Part shown: one piece after another, positions 8,422 through 18,784 of the stretch
Layout of the letters: each line of letters starts with the position of its first letter
How positions within the stretch are numbered: the first letter of the stretch is position 1
From: a virus
Taxonomy: Duplodnaviria > Heunggongvirae > Uroviricota > Caudoviricetes
Direction: 5' to 3' (one strand)
Virus record (IMG/VR): IMGVR_UViG_2923339551_000001
DNA: 37,127 nt
The notes under the pieces: model-generated
What the model saw: only the letters and a program-made list of their open reading frames with translations
Databases searched by the model: none
Told to the model about the DNA's origin: nothing
Translations under genes and position numbers: made by a program

Positions 8422-11215
8422 TATCCGGGTCGCTTTCAGCGCCGTTGACAGGCTGACCCGACCTGCCGAAAACGCCCGCCGCCTGATGGGGCAGTTTGGT
8501 GACTCCATCCAGCGAACGCAGGGGGCGATCAAAAATCTCGAGCGTCAGGCGCGATCATTTGAGCGCGCCCGCGACGCTGTCAGTAAAGCGGATGCTGGCG
8601 TCGTGAAAGCACGACGCCAGCTTAACGCCCTTAATCAGTTACAACGCACGGGTACAGTGCTCAGCGAAAAACAACAAAAGCTGATGCAGCAGTTAAGCAC
8701 CCGGCTTGAACGCCTGAATGAATCGCGTACACGGGAAATTCAGAAAATGCGGGAGCTTGGCGGAGAGCTGAAACGCCACGGCATTTCCCTGACAGGCAGC
8801 GATAACACCATCCAGCAGGCCATCAGACGCACCGAACAGTACAACAACCAGCTTGAACGCGAACGGCAGGCGCTTGCGCGTGTAACGCGGGCGCGTGAGC
8901 GGTATTCGCGCGCGCAGGAAACCGCGGAAAAACTGAAAACAGGTGGTGCGCTGGCAATTGGTGCGGCAGCGGCTGGCGGCTATGCTGCCGGGCGTTTTTT
9001 GCAGCCTGCGATCGGGTTCGGGAAAGAGATGTCCCGCGTTCAGGCACTGACGCGAATCGACCAGAACAGCCCGCAGTTTAAGGCGCTGCGTGAGCAGGCG
9101 TTAAAACTTGGCTCTGAAACGCAGTTCACCGCAGGCGATGCCGCCAGTGGGCAGGCATTTCTTGCAATGGCTGGCTTCACACCGCAGGCCATTCAGGCTG
9201 CGCTTCCGGGCGTGCTGAGCATGGCAACGGCTGGCGGCATGGATCTCGGCGAGACGGCGGATATTGGCTCAAATATCCTGACGCAGTTCGGCCTTTCTGC
9301 TGACCAGATGGACCGGGTTGGCGACACGCTCACCGCAGCGTTTACCCGTACCAACACTGACCTTCGCGCACTGGGCGAAACCATGAAATATGCAGGTCCG
9401 GTGGCGGGTAAGCTGGGAATATCGCTGGAGCAGACCGCAGCGATGGCGGGCGTGCTGGCGAATATGGGTATCAGAGGGAGTGATGCCGGGACGGCAATGC
9501 GTGCCAGCCTGGCTCGTCTGGCATCACCGCCAAAGGCAGCAGCAGAGGCGCTGAAAGAGCTTGGTGTGGCAGTCTCTGACGCGAACGGCAAAATGCGCCC
9601 GATGGAGGATGTGCTGGCTGACCTTTATAAAGCCACCCGCAAATACGGGGAAGTTGACCGGGTATCGTTCTTTAAGGACATTGCCGGAGAAGAGGCTTTC
9701 ACATCGTTTATGGCGCTCGTTGATGCAGCGGGTGACGGTTCCTTACCCAAACTGAGAAAAGAACTTGAAGGCGCGCGCGGTGAGGCTGAACGCACAGCAA
9801 AGGTTATGGCCAACAACCTTGACGGCGATCTGAAATCACTCGGCAGTGCATGGGAAGGGTTGCGCATCCGCATTGCAGATCTGATTGACGGTCCGCTGCG
9901 TTCTGTCACGCAGTGGCTCACGCGGGTGGTATCAAGGGTGACGGCGCTGGCGCAGGCCCATCCGGTACTGACGCGCCAGCTACTGATAGCAGGCGGTGTG
10001 TTGCTGGCAATGACTGCAACGGTTGGCTCGTTGTCGCTGGCTATTGGTGTGCTTGCTGGCCCGCTGGCAAAACTGCGTCTTGGTTTTTCTCTCCTGACCG
10101 GATCAATGAATGCTGTCAGGGTCCTGCCAGCACTATGGGGAATGGTGACGGGTTCCGTTTCTTTGCTGGGAGGTGCTATCGGGGCGCTATTCAGTCCGGT
10201 TGGTCTTATCGTGGCTGCGCTTGCCGGAGCTGCCGTTCTTATCTCGAAATACTGGGATCCCATCAGGGCATTTTTTGCCGGGGTGTTCAGCGGGATTATG
10301 GAAAGGCTGATCCCGTTGCGCGAAACCTTTGAACAGTTTGGTCCTGTTTTTGACGCAATCGGAAGCGGGATCAGCCAGGTGTTTAACTGGTTTAAATCGC
10401 TGCTGTCACCGATGGAGTCCAGCAAGGAAACGCTGGATAAATGTACCAGTGCTGGCGAGATATTCGGTAACGTTCTTGGTGGCGCGTTACAGCTTGTTCT
10501 GACGCCTGCAAAAATGTTGCTGGATACGCTGGCGTGGATACTTGAAAAACTCGGTGTTCTTCCGGATGAAGCGGAAAGGGCGAGAAAGAAAATCGAAGAC
10601 GCACAGCGTGCGGCCATTCTTCAGGACAAGGTTGCCTTGCTTCAGGGGGACCTGGCGAAAATCAATCCGCCGAAGCCTGTGGAAAATGGCAATGGCACCG
10701 GAGGTGATAAACCCAAAGACAATAAACCGCTCACAGACAGCAATACCGGGACGCTACGCAGACTCAGCAAAATTGCTGATAACACAGGTAAGCTGGTTGA
10801 TGAGACGAAAAAACGCATTGGCCCCGGCGATATTGTCTTTAAGAACCTGCCCCGCGCACTTGTTGTTCGTGGGGAGTGGCAGGAGCGGAAGATTGCGCAG
10901 GTCAGTAAGCCTGCCACCGCAATTAATATCACACCCGTGGTTCCGGCTCCGCTGCCTCCGGCGCTGGTCCCTGTTGTTGCGGCCAGCTCCCGCCCGGTGG
11001 CGGAGGCCATACGATCGCCAGTGGCATCAGTTCCTGCAACTTCCCGTAACCGGGAACCTGTTGCCTCCGGATTTGGTGGTGAAATTCATGTTCATCTGCA
11101 TAACGTTGTGACGCAGAATCCCCGCGAACTGGCGAAACTGGTCGGTGAAATGGTCAGGGCAGAAATGGAACGGCGCGCCCGTGCCGGGCGTGGCAGTTTT
11201 TACGATAAAGATTGA
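8372..11215 (+). CDS. T: Tail tape measure protein T
   Basis: 947-aa ORF (GTG at 8372; in-frame ATGs at 8399 and 8408 are alternative starts); coiled-coil N-terminus, Gly/Ala-rich hydrophobic middle; position between E' and U. Confidence 0.85.
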   Translation: MSGRHFAAGMQTMKTLDIRVAFSAVDRLTRPAENARRLMGQFGDSIQRTQGAIKNLERQARSFERARDAVSKADAGVVKARRQLNALNQLQRTGTVLSEKQQKLMQQLSTRLERLNESRTREIQKMRELGGELKRHGISLTGSDNTIQQAIRRTEQYNNQLERERQALARVTRARERYSRAQETAEKLKTGGALAIGAAAAGGYAAGRFLQPAIGFGKEMSRVQALTRIDQNSPQFKALREQALKLGSETQFTAGDAASGQAFLAMAGFTPQAIQAALPGVLSMATAGGMDLGETADIGSNILTQFGLSADQMDRVGDTLTAAFTRTNTDLRALGETMKYAGPVAGKLGISLEQTAAMAGVLANMGIRGSDAGTAMRASLARLASPPKAAAEALKELGVAVSDANGKMRPMEDVLADLYKATRKYGEVDRVSFFKDIAGEEAFTSFMALVDAAGDGSLPKLRKELEGARGEAERTAKVMANNLDGDLKSLGSAWEGLRIRIADLIDGPLRSVTQWLTRVVSRVTALAQAHPVLTRQLLIAGGVLLAMTATVGSLSLAIGVLAGPLAKLRLGFSLLTGSMNAVRVLPALWGMVTGSVSLLGGAIGALFSPVGLIVAALAGAAVLISKYWDPIRAFFAGVFSGIMERLIPLRETFEQFGPVFDAIGSGISQVFNWFKSLLSPMESSKETLDKCTSAGEIFGNVLGGALQLVLTPAKMLLDTLAWILEKLGVLPDEAERARKKIEDAQRAAILQDKVALLQGDLAKINPPKPVENGNGTGGDKPKDNKPLTDSNTGTLRRLSKIADNTGKLVDETKKRIGPGDIVFKNLPRALVVRGEWQERKIAQVSKPATAINITPVVPAPLPPALVPVVAASSRPVAEAIRSPVASVPATSRNREPVASGFGGEIHVHLHNVVTQNPRELAKLVGEMVRAEMERRARAGRGSFYDKD

Positions 11216-11221
11216 GGAGTC

Positions 11222-11716
11222 ATGGTCATGATGATGATCTACGGCATGTTTGTTTTTGAGTTGCGCACATTGCCGCATCAGCAGTTACAGCAAAACAAAA
11301 GCTGGCGGCATGTGAAGAATGAACGCGTTAACCGCTCAGCAAGCTGGCAGTATATCGGTGCAGGTGATGATCGCATCGTGCTTTCTGGCGTGCTTTATCC
11401 TGAAATTACAGGTGGCGAAGTGTCGCTTTCGTTGCTGACCACGCAGGCATATACAGGACGCCCCTGGCCTCTGATTGATGGTGTCGGGCAGATTTACGGC
11501 ATGTATGTACTGACTGAAACGAATACGACCCGCTCCGAGTTTGATCGCTACGGTAAGGCGAAAAAGATAGAGTTTTCACTGACTCTTGAACGCTGTGATG
11601 AGGATTTGCGGGAGCGCCTGCAATCCTCATCGTTCAGCGATATGCTGTCCGGCTTCAAAGATAAGGTGACAGCATCCATTAACAACGCAGCCAGTTCAGT
11701 TAAAGGGCTGTTCTGA
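11222..11716 (+). CDS. U: Tail protein U
   Basis: 164 aa; similarity to P2 gpU (GMFVF...LPHQ...AGVLYPE.TGG). Confidence 0.85.
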   Translation: MVMMMIYGMFVFELRTLPHQQLQQNKSWRHVKNERVNRSASWQYIGAGDDRIVLSGVLYPEITGGEVSLSLLTTQAYTGRPWPLIDGVGQIYGMYVLTETNTTRSEFDRYGKAKKIEFSLTLERCDEDLRERLQSSSFSDMLSGFKDKVTASINNAASSVKGLF

Positions 11717-11886
11717 TTTAATGCTGGCCACTCATACCCTCATACCTGGTAATAAGTGGCCTGTCTTAACACTCACCATTTGATTGCACCCGTGTTGACG
11801 ATTTGTTACTGGATATCAGACACGCTGGATAGCCAGTAGAAACATACCATTAAAATTATTACAATAATTGGTCACATGATTATCTT

Positions 11887-12450
11887 ATGCTGAATAATAG
11901 AGATATGAATATTAATGAACTTAAAGACTGTATTCACTATGAAGTAATCGGTAGCGAGCGTCCTTTCTCCTGGCGAAAGGCAATTGTTCGCGCAATAAAA
12001 CATAGAAGAGTTCGTTATTTATTTTGGTGGCGCATAGCCAAATACCTTTTTGATAAAGGCGGATACTGTCGGAAGATTGCGGGGAAAATAGAACGTTTCA
12101 TTCTTGATAAATATAATGTAACAGTCCCTTTAACTGTAAATATAGGGAAAGGCTTTGATATTTCTTATCTCAACAGTGTTGTTATCGGTCACAAAGTAAC
12201 CATCGGTGAAAATTGTTCAATAAAACCAGGGGTAACTATTGGGCTACGTGGTGATTTTAATGATATGGATATTGTTATAGGACATAATGTGACCATTGGT
12301 TGTAATGCCACCATTCTTGGTGGCAAAGTGCGTATAGGAAACAATGTCACAATAGGTGCTCATGCATTGGTATTGCATGATATTCCTGATGATTCAACAT
12401 TCATCACTAAATTTCAGTCTGAAGTTATCTGCTCGTCCTCCCGCACATAA
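11887..12450 (+). CDS. Hexapeptide-repeat (left-handed beta-helix) acetyltransferase, WcaB/CysE-like; cargo gene at the G/FI (Z/fun) hotspot
   Basis: 187 aa, AT-rich; repeated [LIV]GxxxxIG hexapeptide motifs ([55 protein letters not shown]); 3' end overlaps the 3' end of G by about 37 nt. Confidence 0.7.
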   Translation: MLNNRDMNINELKDCIHYEVIGSERPFSWRKAIVRAIKHRRVRYLFWWRIAKYLFDKGGYCRKIAGKIERFILDKYNVTVPLTVNIGKGFDISYLNSVVIGHKVTIGENCSIKPGVTIGLRGDFNDMDIVIGHNVTIGCNATILGGKVRIGNNVTIGAHALVLHDIPDDSTFITKFQSEVICSSSRT

Positions 12451-13031
12451 CCCTGATTCATCAGCTCTGGCCATACGATATCCGGAGCTGTACTGGTGTC
12501 AATTCGACTCACTAATACTCTGTATTTTCTCCAGGAATCCAGTTGTGAAGTTTCCTCGTTTGTTGCTATTTCAAGATTAACTGCATCCTGCAGAATTGCG
12601 ATGTTATCTGTTGCCTCCTGGATCAACCTTGCCTTTTTCTCTTCCGCTTCCCGTATACGAAACAGTTTTTCTGCCTCCTCATCCTTCACCCAGGATACGC
12701 CGTCCCACTTCTGATACTCCCCTGCTGGCGACAACCAGGTGACATTCCCGGGTAGCGGGCCGGGTTCAGAAATGAACAACGCGTCCCCCGATGCCACGTC
12801 ATAGACCGTTTTACCACGATGGTCTTCAACAATATTCCACGACTCATTTTCACTGTTAAAAACTGCCACAAAGCCAGCCGGAATATCCGGTGGGGCGATA
12901 TCTGTAGAATTAGCTGGCAGCCCTGTATGAGCTGGAATATATGCGTCACCTTCACCAATAAACTCATTAGTTCCGGCCAGCAGGTTATAAATTTTTACAG
13001 TACGTGATTGTTCACTCATTCTGAATGCCAT
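12414..13031 (-). CDS. G: Tail fiber assembly protein G
   Basis: 205 aa directly downstream of the tail fiber gene; Tfa-like sequence. Confidence 0.8.
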   Translation of the reverse strand: MAFRMSEQSRTVKIYNLLAGTNEFIGEGDAYIPAHTGLPANSTDIAPPDIPAGFVAVFNSENESWNIVEDHRGKTVYDVASGDALFISEPGPLPGNVTWLSPAGEYQKWDGVSWVKDEEAEKLFRIREAEEKKARLIQEATDNIAILQDAVNLEIATNEETSQLDSWRKYRVLVSRIDTSTAPDIVWPELMNQGYVREDEQITSD

Positions 13032-15031
13032 TATGCAAGCCTCACAATATAATTAAATGCGATGTTTTTAACGGTGTTTTCCGTGTTACCAGTAGCGTTA
13101 ACAGTGATGGTGTGTCCATGTGAACCAATCGCAACGGAGTGTGTATGAGCGCCAATACCAACTGTATGTGCATGCGCCCCTGCACTTGCAGCAGTGCCTG
13201 ATACTGAGTGGGTGTGTGCACCAGAAGAAGGCACTGTTCCATTCCCCACGACCGTGCCACTTGATGCACCATCAAGCCAGTCGAAATTCATACCTCCACT
13301 GTTTGGTCTCCTTAATGGAACGGTATGAGTATGTGCGCCAGCACTATTTGCAGTACCAGATACATTATGGGTATGTGCACCTGTGTTATTCGTTGATTTA
13401 GTACCGTAATCAAACGACGATGTGGTTTTCGTACCCAAATCCGTACTGGATGCGCTGGCACTGTGGGTGTGCGATTTAATGCCATCCTGTTCCTGAGACA
13501 ATACGGCTCGACCACTTGCGGGTTTGCCCTTGATTGTCCAGCCACGCATATCGGGGAGTACACCAGAGGGATAAGCTGCTGCAAGCAGGGGATAGGTTGT
13601 TTTATCAAAAGTCTGCCCCTGCATAACGGCATAACCTGTAGGCACTGAATCAGATGGCCACGGAATCGCCGCACCTACAGGAAATGAATCCTGCGGCGTC
13701 CATGGTGTCCAGCCCCCCGTTGAGGGCTGGCTGCGGGTATAGCTTCTGGATGTGTTATACACATAGTAAATCTGTGTTATCCCGGCATTTTTAAGCACAA
13801 CCAGTGTACCCGCAAAATTCTCTGGGTATTTCAGCGCTGCACTTGTATTGGCATTCAGGGGCTGATGGTACAGCCCCGGCGTTTTGTAATTATCCAGATT
13901 CTGGTTTGCACCAATCTCAATACTCTGACCGTTAAAAATATCCTGTGATGTAACATTGACATCATTGGTCAGTGGTTTGCCATTAACCTTACGTCCAGAG
14001 GGCACACGCCCGTTTGCATTGTCATTAGCAGCTTTAACCGCTTTCGGGGTCGCGGCAAGCGTTTCAGACGTGCTGTTGGTTGCACTAGTAAGCTGGACTA
14101 TCCCTTTTTGTGCTGTTGTTGCATCCTGTGCGGTGTATTTGCCATTAGCAAGGTCATATGCTGCCTTTACCGCCTTTGGCGTTGCCGCCAGCGTTTCAGA
14201 ATCGCTGTTGGTGGCACTACTGAGCTGGACAAGACCTTTTCGCGCTGTGGTAGCGTCCTGTGCGGTATATTTCCCGTTAGCAAGGTCATTTACTGCCTTT
14301 ACTGCTTTTGGCGTTGCAGCCTGTGTTTCAGACACGCTGTTAGTGGCGCTACTGAGCTGAACAAGGCCTTTTCGCGTCGTGCTGGCATCCTGCGCAGTAT
14401 ATTTCCCGTTAGCAAGGTCATACGCGGCCTTTACTGCTTTCGGCGTTGCAGCCTGTGTTTCAGACACGCTGTTAGTGGCGCTGCTAAGTTGAACAAAGCC
14501 TTTTGCGGTCAGCGAGGCGTCCGGGTGACGTCGTGACTGTTCATGCTCTTTCAGTTTGTCATCCACGTAATCCACTGTGGCCATCACCATGGTGTTATCC
14601 ACGGTAAGCGCCACAGTGGCAGTGCTGGATACGGTCAGAATGGTGCGAAATGTTTGTGCACGCCCAGACCCTTCGGCAACGGTTGGCTTGTAACTTTCGG
14701 CAGTATTGCCCACCGCGATTAAATCGCCGTGCTCATCAAACACACCAATTTCCCGGATCCAGAATCCGCCCGTTTCAGGAGGAATAACCAGCTCTGCAAT
14801 AATGCGGTTCTGATGTGTTGCGTCCAGGATGATGCGATTAACAGTGTGTCGCCACACCTCATGAACCAGACGGGTCTGCTTACTGTCTGGTGTGGGCAAC
14901 GCGCCGCCACCGTCGCCCACGGCCATATGAGTCAGGCGGACAGGCTTACCATCTGGCGCGGCTGCCTGAGCTAATTTTTTTGCACCCGTATCGGTGATAA
15001 CGGTTTTAAATTTTCGTGTTGTGGTACTCAT
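13031..15031 (-). CDS. H: Tail fiber protein H
   Basis: 666 aa (P2 gpH is about 669); conserved N-terminus, four tandem ~41-aa repeats in the shaft, His-rich HxH-containing C-terminal tip. Confidence 0.85.
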   Translation of the reverse strand: MSTTTRKFKTVITDTGAKKLAQAAAPDGKPVRLTHMAVGDGGGALPTPDSKQTRLVHEVWRHTVNRIILDATHQNRIIAELVIPPETGGFWIREIGVFDEHGDLIAVGNTAESYKPTVAEGSGRAQTFRTILTVSSTATVALTVDNTMVMATVDYVDDKLKEHEQSRRHPDASLTAKGFVQLSSATNSVSETQAATPKAVKAAYDLANGKYTAQDASTTRKGLVQLSSATNSVSETQAATPKAVKAVNDLANGKYTAQDATTARKGLVQLSSATNSDSETLAATPKAVKAAYDLANGKYTAQDATTAQKGIVQLTSATNSTSETLAATPKAVKAANDNANGRVPSGRKVNGKPLTNDVNVTSQDIFNGQSIEIGANQNLDNYKTPGLYHQPLNANTSAALKYPENFAGTLVVLKNAGITQIYYVYNTSRSYTRSQPSTGGWTPWTPQDSFPVGAAIPWPSDSVPTGYAVMQGQTFDKTTYPLLAAAYPSGVLPDMRGWTIKGKPASGRAVLSQEQDGIKSHTHSASASSTDLGTKTTSSFDYGTKSTNNTGAHTHNVSGTANSAGAHTHTVPLRRPNSGGMNFDWLDGASSGTVVGNGTVPSSGAHTHSVSGTAASAGAHAHTVGIGAHTHSVAIGSHGHTITVNATGNTENTVKNIAFNYIVRLA
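14000..14510. repeat. About four tandem ~120-bp coding repeats within tail fiber gene H
   Basis: DNA repeats visible by eye, encoding repeated KG(L/F)[39 protein letters not shown] units. Confidence 0.6.
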
Positions 15032-15033
15032 GC

Positions 15034-15564
15034 TTAATCGCCTGGATAAATGGTAATAACTTCACCGTCATAAGTTGCCGCCGCTGCGAAAATATCCCCC
15101 GGAATTTCCTGAATGATATTCAGCCCTGTCATGTGGCGGCTGACCGGGCGGGCATCAGCAATCAACCGCTCCATTTCCAGATACATTTCCTCCGTCACGC
15201 CACTGTCCAGCGTGCCGACTTCAACGGTAAATGTTCCCGGTTCTCCGCCGAACTCCCACCACTCAGACACGCGAATGAGGTATCCCAGCGGCTCAATGGC
15301 CCGGCGTAGTGCGCTGATGGTCCCTTTGTGTCGGTGTATCAGCCATGCATCACGAATAACCTGTCGCTTTGTCTCTTCCGGCCAGTTGCGATCCCAGCGG
15401 TCAACGGAAAACGCCCAGGCGAGATAAGGCAGCAGATGCACCGGGCAGGTGTCCGGCGACCACAGCGTGTTGAGGTCTACCGGAATGTCTGTAATGCGCG
15501 CTCCGACAGCTTCGGCGCAACGCATGAAACTGCTGGCTGATGGCGGTAACAGTGAATTACTCAT
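15034..15564 (-). CDS. I: Baseplate/tail protein I
   Basis: Track ORF 15034-15597; start placed at the ATG at 15564 (MSNSLLPP...), giving 176 aa as in P2 gpI and an 8-nt overlap with J. Confidence 0.8.
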   Translation of the reverse strand: MSNSLLPPSASSFMRCAEAVGARITDIPVDLNTLWSPDTCPVHLLPYLAWAFSVDRWDRNWPEETKRQVIRDAWLIHRHKGTISALRRAIEPLGYLIRVSEWWEFGGEPGTFTVEVGTLDSGVTEEMYLEMERLIADARPVSRHMTGLNIIQEIPGDIFAAAATYDGEVITIYPGD

Positions 15565-16453
15565 TACGCCCACCTTCGCTGATGGTGAATGACTCACAGC
15601 GCGCCGCCTGTATGTCGCTGATGGCCATATTCTGTGTGGGTTCGATTATCTCCACGCGTTGCACACCGTGCACATGCAGTGCGGCAGCAATGGCGGACAA
15701 CGCCACGTCCTGACCGATAAGCCCCTGCTCAGCCAGCCACTTCCTGAACGACGATTCAGCCGCAGCCAGAATAGGTTCGGATTCCGGGCCGGGATAAAAG
15801 TACAGTTTTGCATTCAGCCGCCATGTCACGATTCTGGCACTCTGTACGGTCAGGCGGTCGGCCACCGGGCGGGTATCCTCTGCATTCAGAACGGCGCGAA
15901 CGGTATTAAGCAACGCCTCCGTTGCTGTGCCGTCGCCCTCAGTGGACAGGATGGAAACCGTCACATTTGCCGGAGACGGGCTGATGGCCCGCGCATCACG
16001 CACCAGACCGCTGGCGCTGCGGGCAAAATACTCGTATGCACCTGACGGGCCAGCAACACTCAGGCCGTCGTACGCCCGCTGCGCCCGCAGTCTCAGTGAG
16101 GTGTCGCTCTCCATCACCGCGTCGGTGGTATCCGTTGCCGGAGTGATAACCAGGCGCTTTGTGTTCATATTGCCCGCGAGGTTGTCCAGGTTTGTCCCTG
16201 AACCGTGGCTTAACATGCAGGCGCGTGCGCCCTCGTTAACCCGCTGGCGTAACAGCATTTCACGAAAAGACATGGTTTGAGCGATAACGTTCAGGGGTTC
16301 CGATTCCAGCTCCAGCGCGGCGGAGACGGCTTCACGCTGTTCGGCAGGATAGGACGCAATCATCATGGCCTTTGTGTCAGCCAGAATTGCTTCAAAATCA
16401 GGCTCCGCGATGATGGCGGGTTCCGGTAACTGTGAAAGGTCAACGGCGGGCAT
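15557..16453 (-). CDS. J: Baseplate assembly protein J
   Basis: 298 aa; gpJ-like; position between W and I. Confidence 0.85.
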   Translation of the reverse strand: MPAVDLSQLPEPAIIAEPDFEAILADTKAMMIASYPAEQREAVSAALELESEPLNVIAQTMSFREMLLRQRVNEGARACMLSHGSGTNLDNLAGNMNTKRLVITPATDTTDAVMESDTSLRLRAQRAYDGLSVAGPSGAYEYFARSASGLVRDARAISPSPANVTVSILSTEGDGTATEALLNTVRAVLNAEDTRPVADRLTVQSARIVTWRLNAKLYFYPGPESEPILAAAESSFRKWLAEQGLIGQDVALSAIAAALHVHGVQRVEIIEPTQNMAISDIQAARCESFTISEGGRNE

Positions 16454-16456
16454 GAT

Positions 16457-16807
16457 TTACTCCCTCAGCGTGATGGTTAATTCAACATTCTGCATGGTCT
16501 GCATGACAGTGCCCGACAGCGTCACCCCGGCGCGGCCTCCCGCTTTCCAGACAACGTCGATGGCATCCAGGGCAATGCGGGGTTCCCATCGTGTCAGCGC
16601 AATCACGGCAGCACTCATGCATTGCAGACGCGTGGTGTTATTCATGGGTTCGTCAATCAAATCAGGCACAAGGCTGCCATATTCCCGTCGCATAACCCGG
16701 CTTGCCAGCGGGGTGGTCAGGATGTCCCTGACTGACTGTTTCAGGTGCTCCATATCGTTCAGGTTTCCCGTTCCGTCCGGGTTCATTCCTGTGTAGCGGG
16801 TTGTCAC
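16457..16807 (-). CDS. W: Baseplate protein W (gp25/GPW family)
   Basis: 116 aa; size and position as P2 gpW. Confidence 0.85.
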   Translation of the reverse strand: MTTRYTGMNPDGTGNLNDMEHLKQSVRDILTTPLASRVMRREYGSLVPDLIDEPMNNTTRLQCMSAAVIALTRWEPRIALDAIDVVWKAGGRAGVTLSGTVMQTMQNVELTITLRE

Positions 16808-17385
16808 TGCGGGCCTCCTGTCGAATCGCTGCCACCTTTAACGCCACCGTGCTTATGCGTATGCACTGTGATGCCGTTTGAGGTGAAATCGCCGCCGCTG
16901 TGCGTGATATTGCCGCTCATCTTTCCCCCTTTTGTGACGTCAATCTCGGCTGTTTTCAGAAGGTTTGTGCATTCCACGACGGGCGTATCCAGTGTCACGC
17001 TGACGGATGCCTGCAGGGTGGCCGTTTTCATGCCGCTGGCGCTCAGTGCGCCTGCGTCCGCGTCGTAGCGGAACACCGCGCCATCCGGCGCGCTGACCAC
17101 GATTTCTTTCAGGCTTTTGCCGGGGGCCGGACTGGCATCACTCCACAGGCTGCCAATTATCATGGCGGTTTCCGGGTTGCCGCCAATGCAGGCAATTACC
17201 ACCTGTTCGCCGGGTGATGGCGGCAGCCACACATTGAAGGCTCCCGCGCGCGTGGTGTTCCAGCGTAACCAGCCTGTTTCCAGTTCGCCGCTGCGAACGC
17301 GCACGCACCAGGACTTCTCATCAACTTCAGAGATGATCCCGGTGCGGATGACATTGCTCAGCAGTCGCATGAGTTCTGCGCTCAC
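16804..17385 (-). CDS. V: Baseplate spike/assembly protein V
   Basis: 193 aa; gpV-like; overlaps W by 4 nt. Confidence 0.8.
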   Translation of the reverse strand: MSAELMRLLSNVIRTGIISEVDEKSWCVRVRSGELETGWLRWNTTRAGAFNVWLPPSPGEQVVIACIGGNPETAMIIGSLWSDASPAPGKSLKEIVVSAPDGAVFRYDADAGALSASGMKTATLQASVSVTLDTPVVECTNLLKTAEIDVTKGGKMSGNITHSGGDFTSNGITVHTHKHGGVKGGSDSTGGPQ

Positions 17386-18026
17386 CGTACAGCCTCCGCA
17401 ATCCGGCCCAGCACCGTGTTATAAATCAGGCGCTCATCTGCCTGGCTGATACCCAGCAGCTCACGTACCGGGTAATCGGTGAAAATGCCCGGCGCAACCT
17501 GATCGCGCTCACCGAACTGATGAACGCGTGCAATACGTGCGGCCACGCCGCTGTAACCCACCGTCACACCGGATGCATCTGCACGGGCTTTCAGGTAGCG
17601 GGCGGTGCGCAGTTTTACGAACATGGGGACGTGCCTGGTGCTGTCCTGGTCGATGCGCCGGGTGCGTATTTCCAGAAAACGGTCGATGTCATCCCGGTAA
17701 AACGTGCGGATGCTGTTTTTATCCTCATCCCACCCGGTGATGGTTCGCCCGTATTTCCCCGTGTCGTGATGCCAGTTTTTCAGCGTGCGTGCTTCGTTAT
17801 TCCAGATAAAACGAATGCGCTCCTGTATCCGGGTTACGCGGCGTCTGCGTGGTGTCCACGCGGTCCCGTCCGGCGCTTTCTGTGACCGGATACGCGCCTG
17901 CTGGGCGCGACGTAAATCCTGTGCCAGCTTTCTGGCGATGTTATTGATGGCCTGCTGATTCAGGCTGTCGCGGATGGCCTCAAAGGTTTCATCCACGCGG
18001 ATGAATGCCTTATCCATCGCTTTCAC
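17382..18026 (-). CDS. S: Tail completion / virion morphogenesis protein S
   Basis: 214-aa ORF at the gpS position between R and V; exact start uncertain. Confidence 0.65.
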   Translation of the reverse strand: MKAMDKAFIRVDETFEAIRDSLNQQAINNIARKLAQDLRRAQQARIRSQKAPDGTAWTPRRRRVTRIQERIRFIWNNEARTLKNWHHDTGKYGRTITGWDEDKNSIRTFYRDDIDRFLEIRTRRIDQDSTRHVPMFVKLRTARYLKARADASGVTVGYSGVAARIARVHQFGERDQVAPGIFTDYPVRELLGISQADERLIYNTVLGRIAEAVR

Positions 18027-18477
18027 CCCACGTCACATCCTGGAATACATGCGACCAGTCGCCTTCGGAAGAGGGCAGACGGGGTTTTGGCTCCGGCAGG
18101 TGTTCTGCCTGCGGTGTGCCCTGATTGCTGTGCGTGATGCGAACGCGTTCCCGCAGGGGGAGCGTAAACAGGAGATCGGCGCTGTCATCGTCATTGATAA
18201 CGGCGGAAAATTTGATGTCCTGATTACGCTCCGGATTGAGCAACAACTGCGGCTGATTTTCGGATAACCACGCCAGCAGCGGTAGCGTGAGGTCGTCCAG
18301 CTCTCCGGCGTAATCCATGACAAACATCACCATCTGATAGCGGTAAACAAACGAGGGCGTTTCTCCGGTCGTTTCAATGTTGCCGCTCTCCACGAAAATG
18401 GTGAATTTTTCCGGGTTAGCCTGACACCATCGGCATGAACGGGTCATGGCTTCACGCAGGGAATCAGTTTTCAGCAT
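18010..18477 (-). CDS. R: Tail completion protein R
   Basis: 155 aa, same length as P2 gpR, at the expected position. Confidence 0.8.
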   Translation of the reverse strand: MLKTDSLREAMTRSCRWCQANPEKFTIFVESGNIETTGETPSFVYRYQMVMFVMDYAGELDDLTLPLLAWLSENQPQLLLNPERNQDIKFSAVINDDDSADLLFTLPLRERVRITHSNQGTPQAEHLPEPKPRLPSSEGDWSHVFQDVTWGESDG

Positions 18478-18784
18478 GGTTGTTGTCCTCGTTGTTCAGC
18501 CGTTGCAGCCTGCGCTGTTCCAGTAATTCAATGGCCCGTTTGTCCGCGTTACAGGTTTCCAGTGCATCCAGAAGGCGGTCGCCCCATATACCGAGATTTC
18601 CCCATGTGGGAGTATCAGGGAAGGGGGGAGACGTCACCGGTATGGTCAGCGTCTGCGGTATAAGCCGGACTGACGGCGCTGGCCGTGGCGCGTTCTGTGT
18701 GCCTGCGCAACCTGTCAGTAAAACGAGCGTCAGGCAAAGCGTGGGCGCATTCATCTTTTGCAATATCGTTGCGTAGCTGTTCAC
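18464..18784 (-). CDS. lysC: Outer-membrane lipoprotein spanin (LysC/Rz1-like)
   Basis: Lipobox LLTGC after a short signal sequence, Pro-rich; starts inside and extends beyond the i-spanin gene (overlapped architecture); true start probably the internal ATG near 18754. Confidence 0.7.
   Translation of the reverse strand: MNSYATILQKMNAPTLCLTLVLLTGCAGTQNAPRPAPSVRLIPQTLTIPVTSPPFPDTPTWGNLGIWGDRLLDALETCNADKRAIELLEQRRLQRLNNEDNNHAEN

Noticed and set aside
9625-10617. 330-aa minus-strand ORF (plus several shorter ones) inside the tape-measure gene
   Set aside because: Antisense to a well-supported gene; Ser/Ala/Pro/Arg-rich low-complexity translation typical of a wrong frame in GC-rich DNA.
13956-14536. 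Plus-strand ORFs (134 and 142 aa) and repeat periodicity inside tail fiber gene H; considered a CRISPR-like array
   Set aside because: The repeats are imperfect ~120-bp coding repeats with no spacer/repeat alternation, and the ORFs are antisense artefacts of the repeats.
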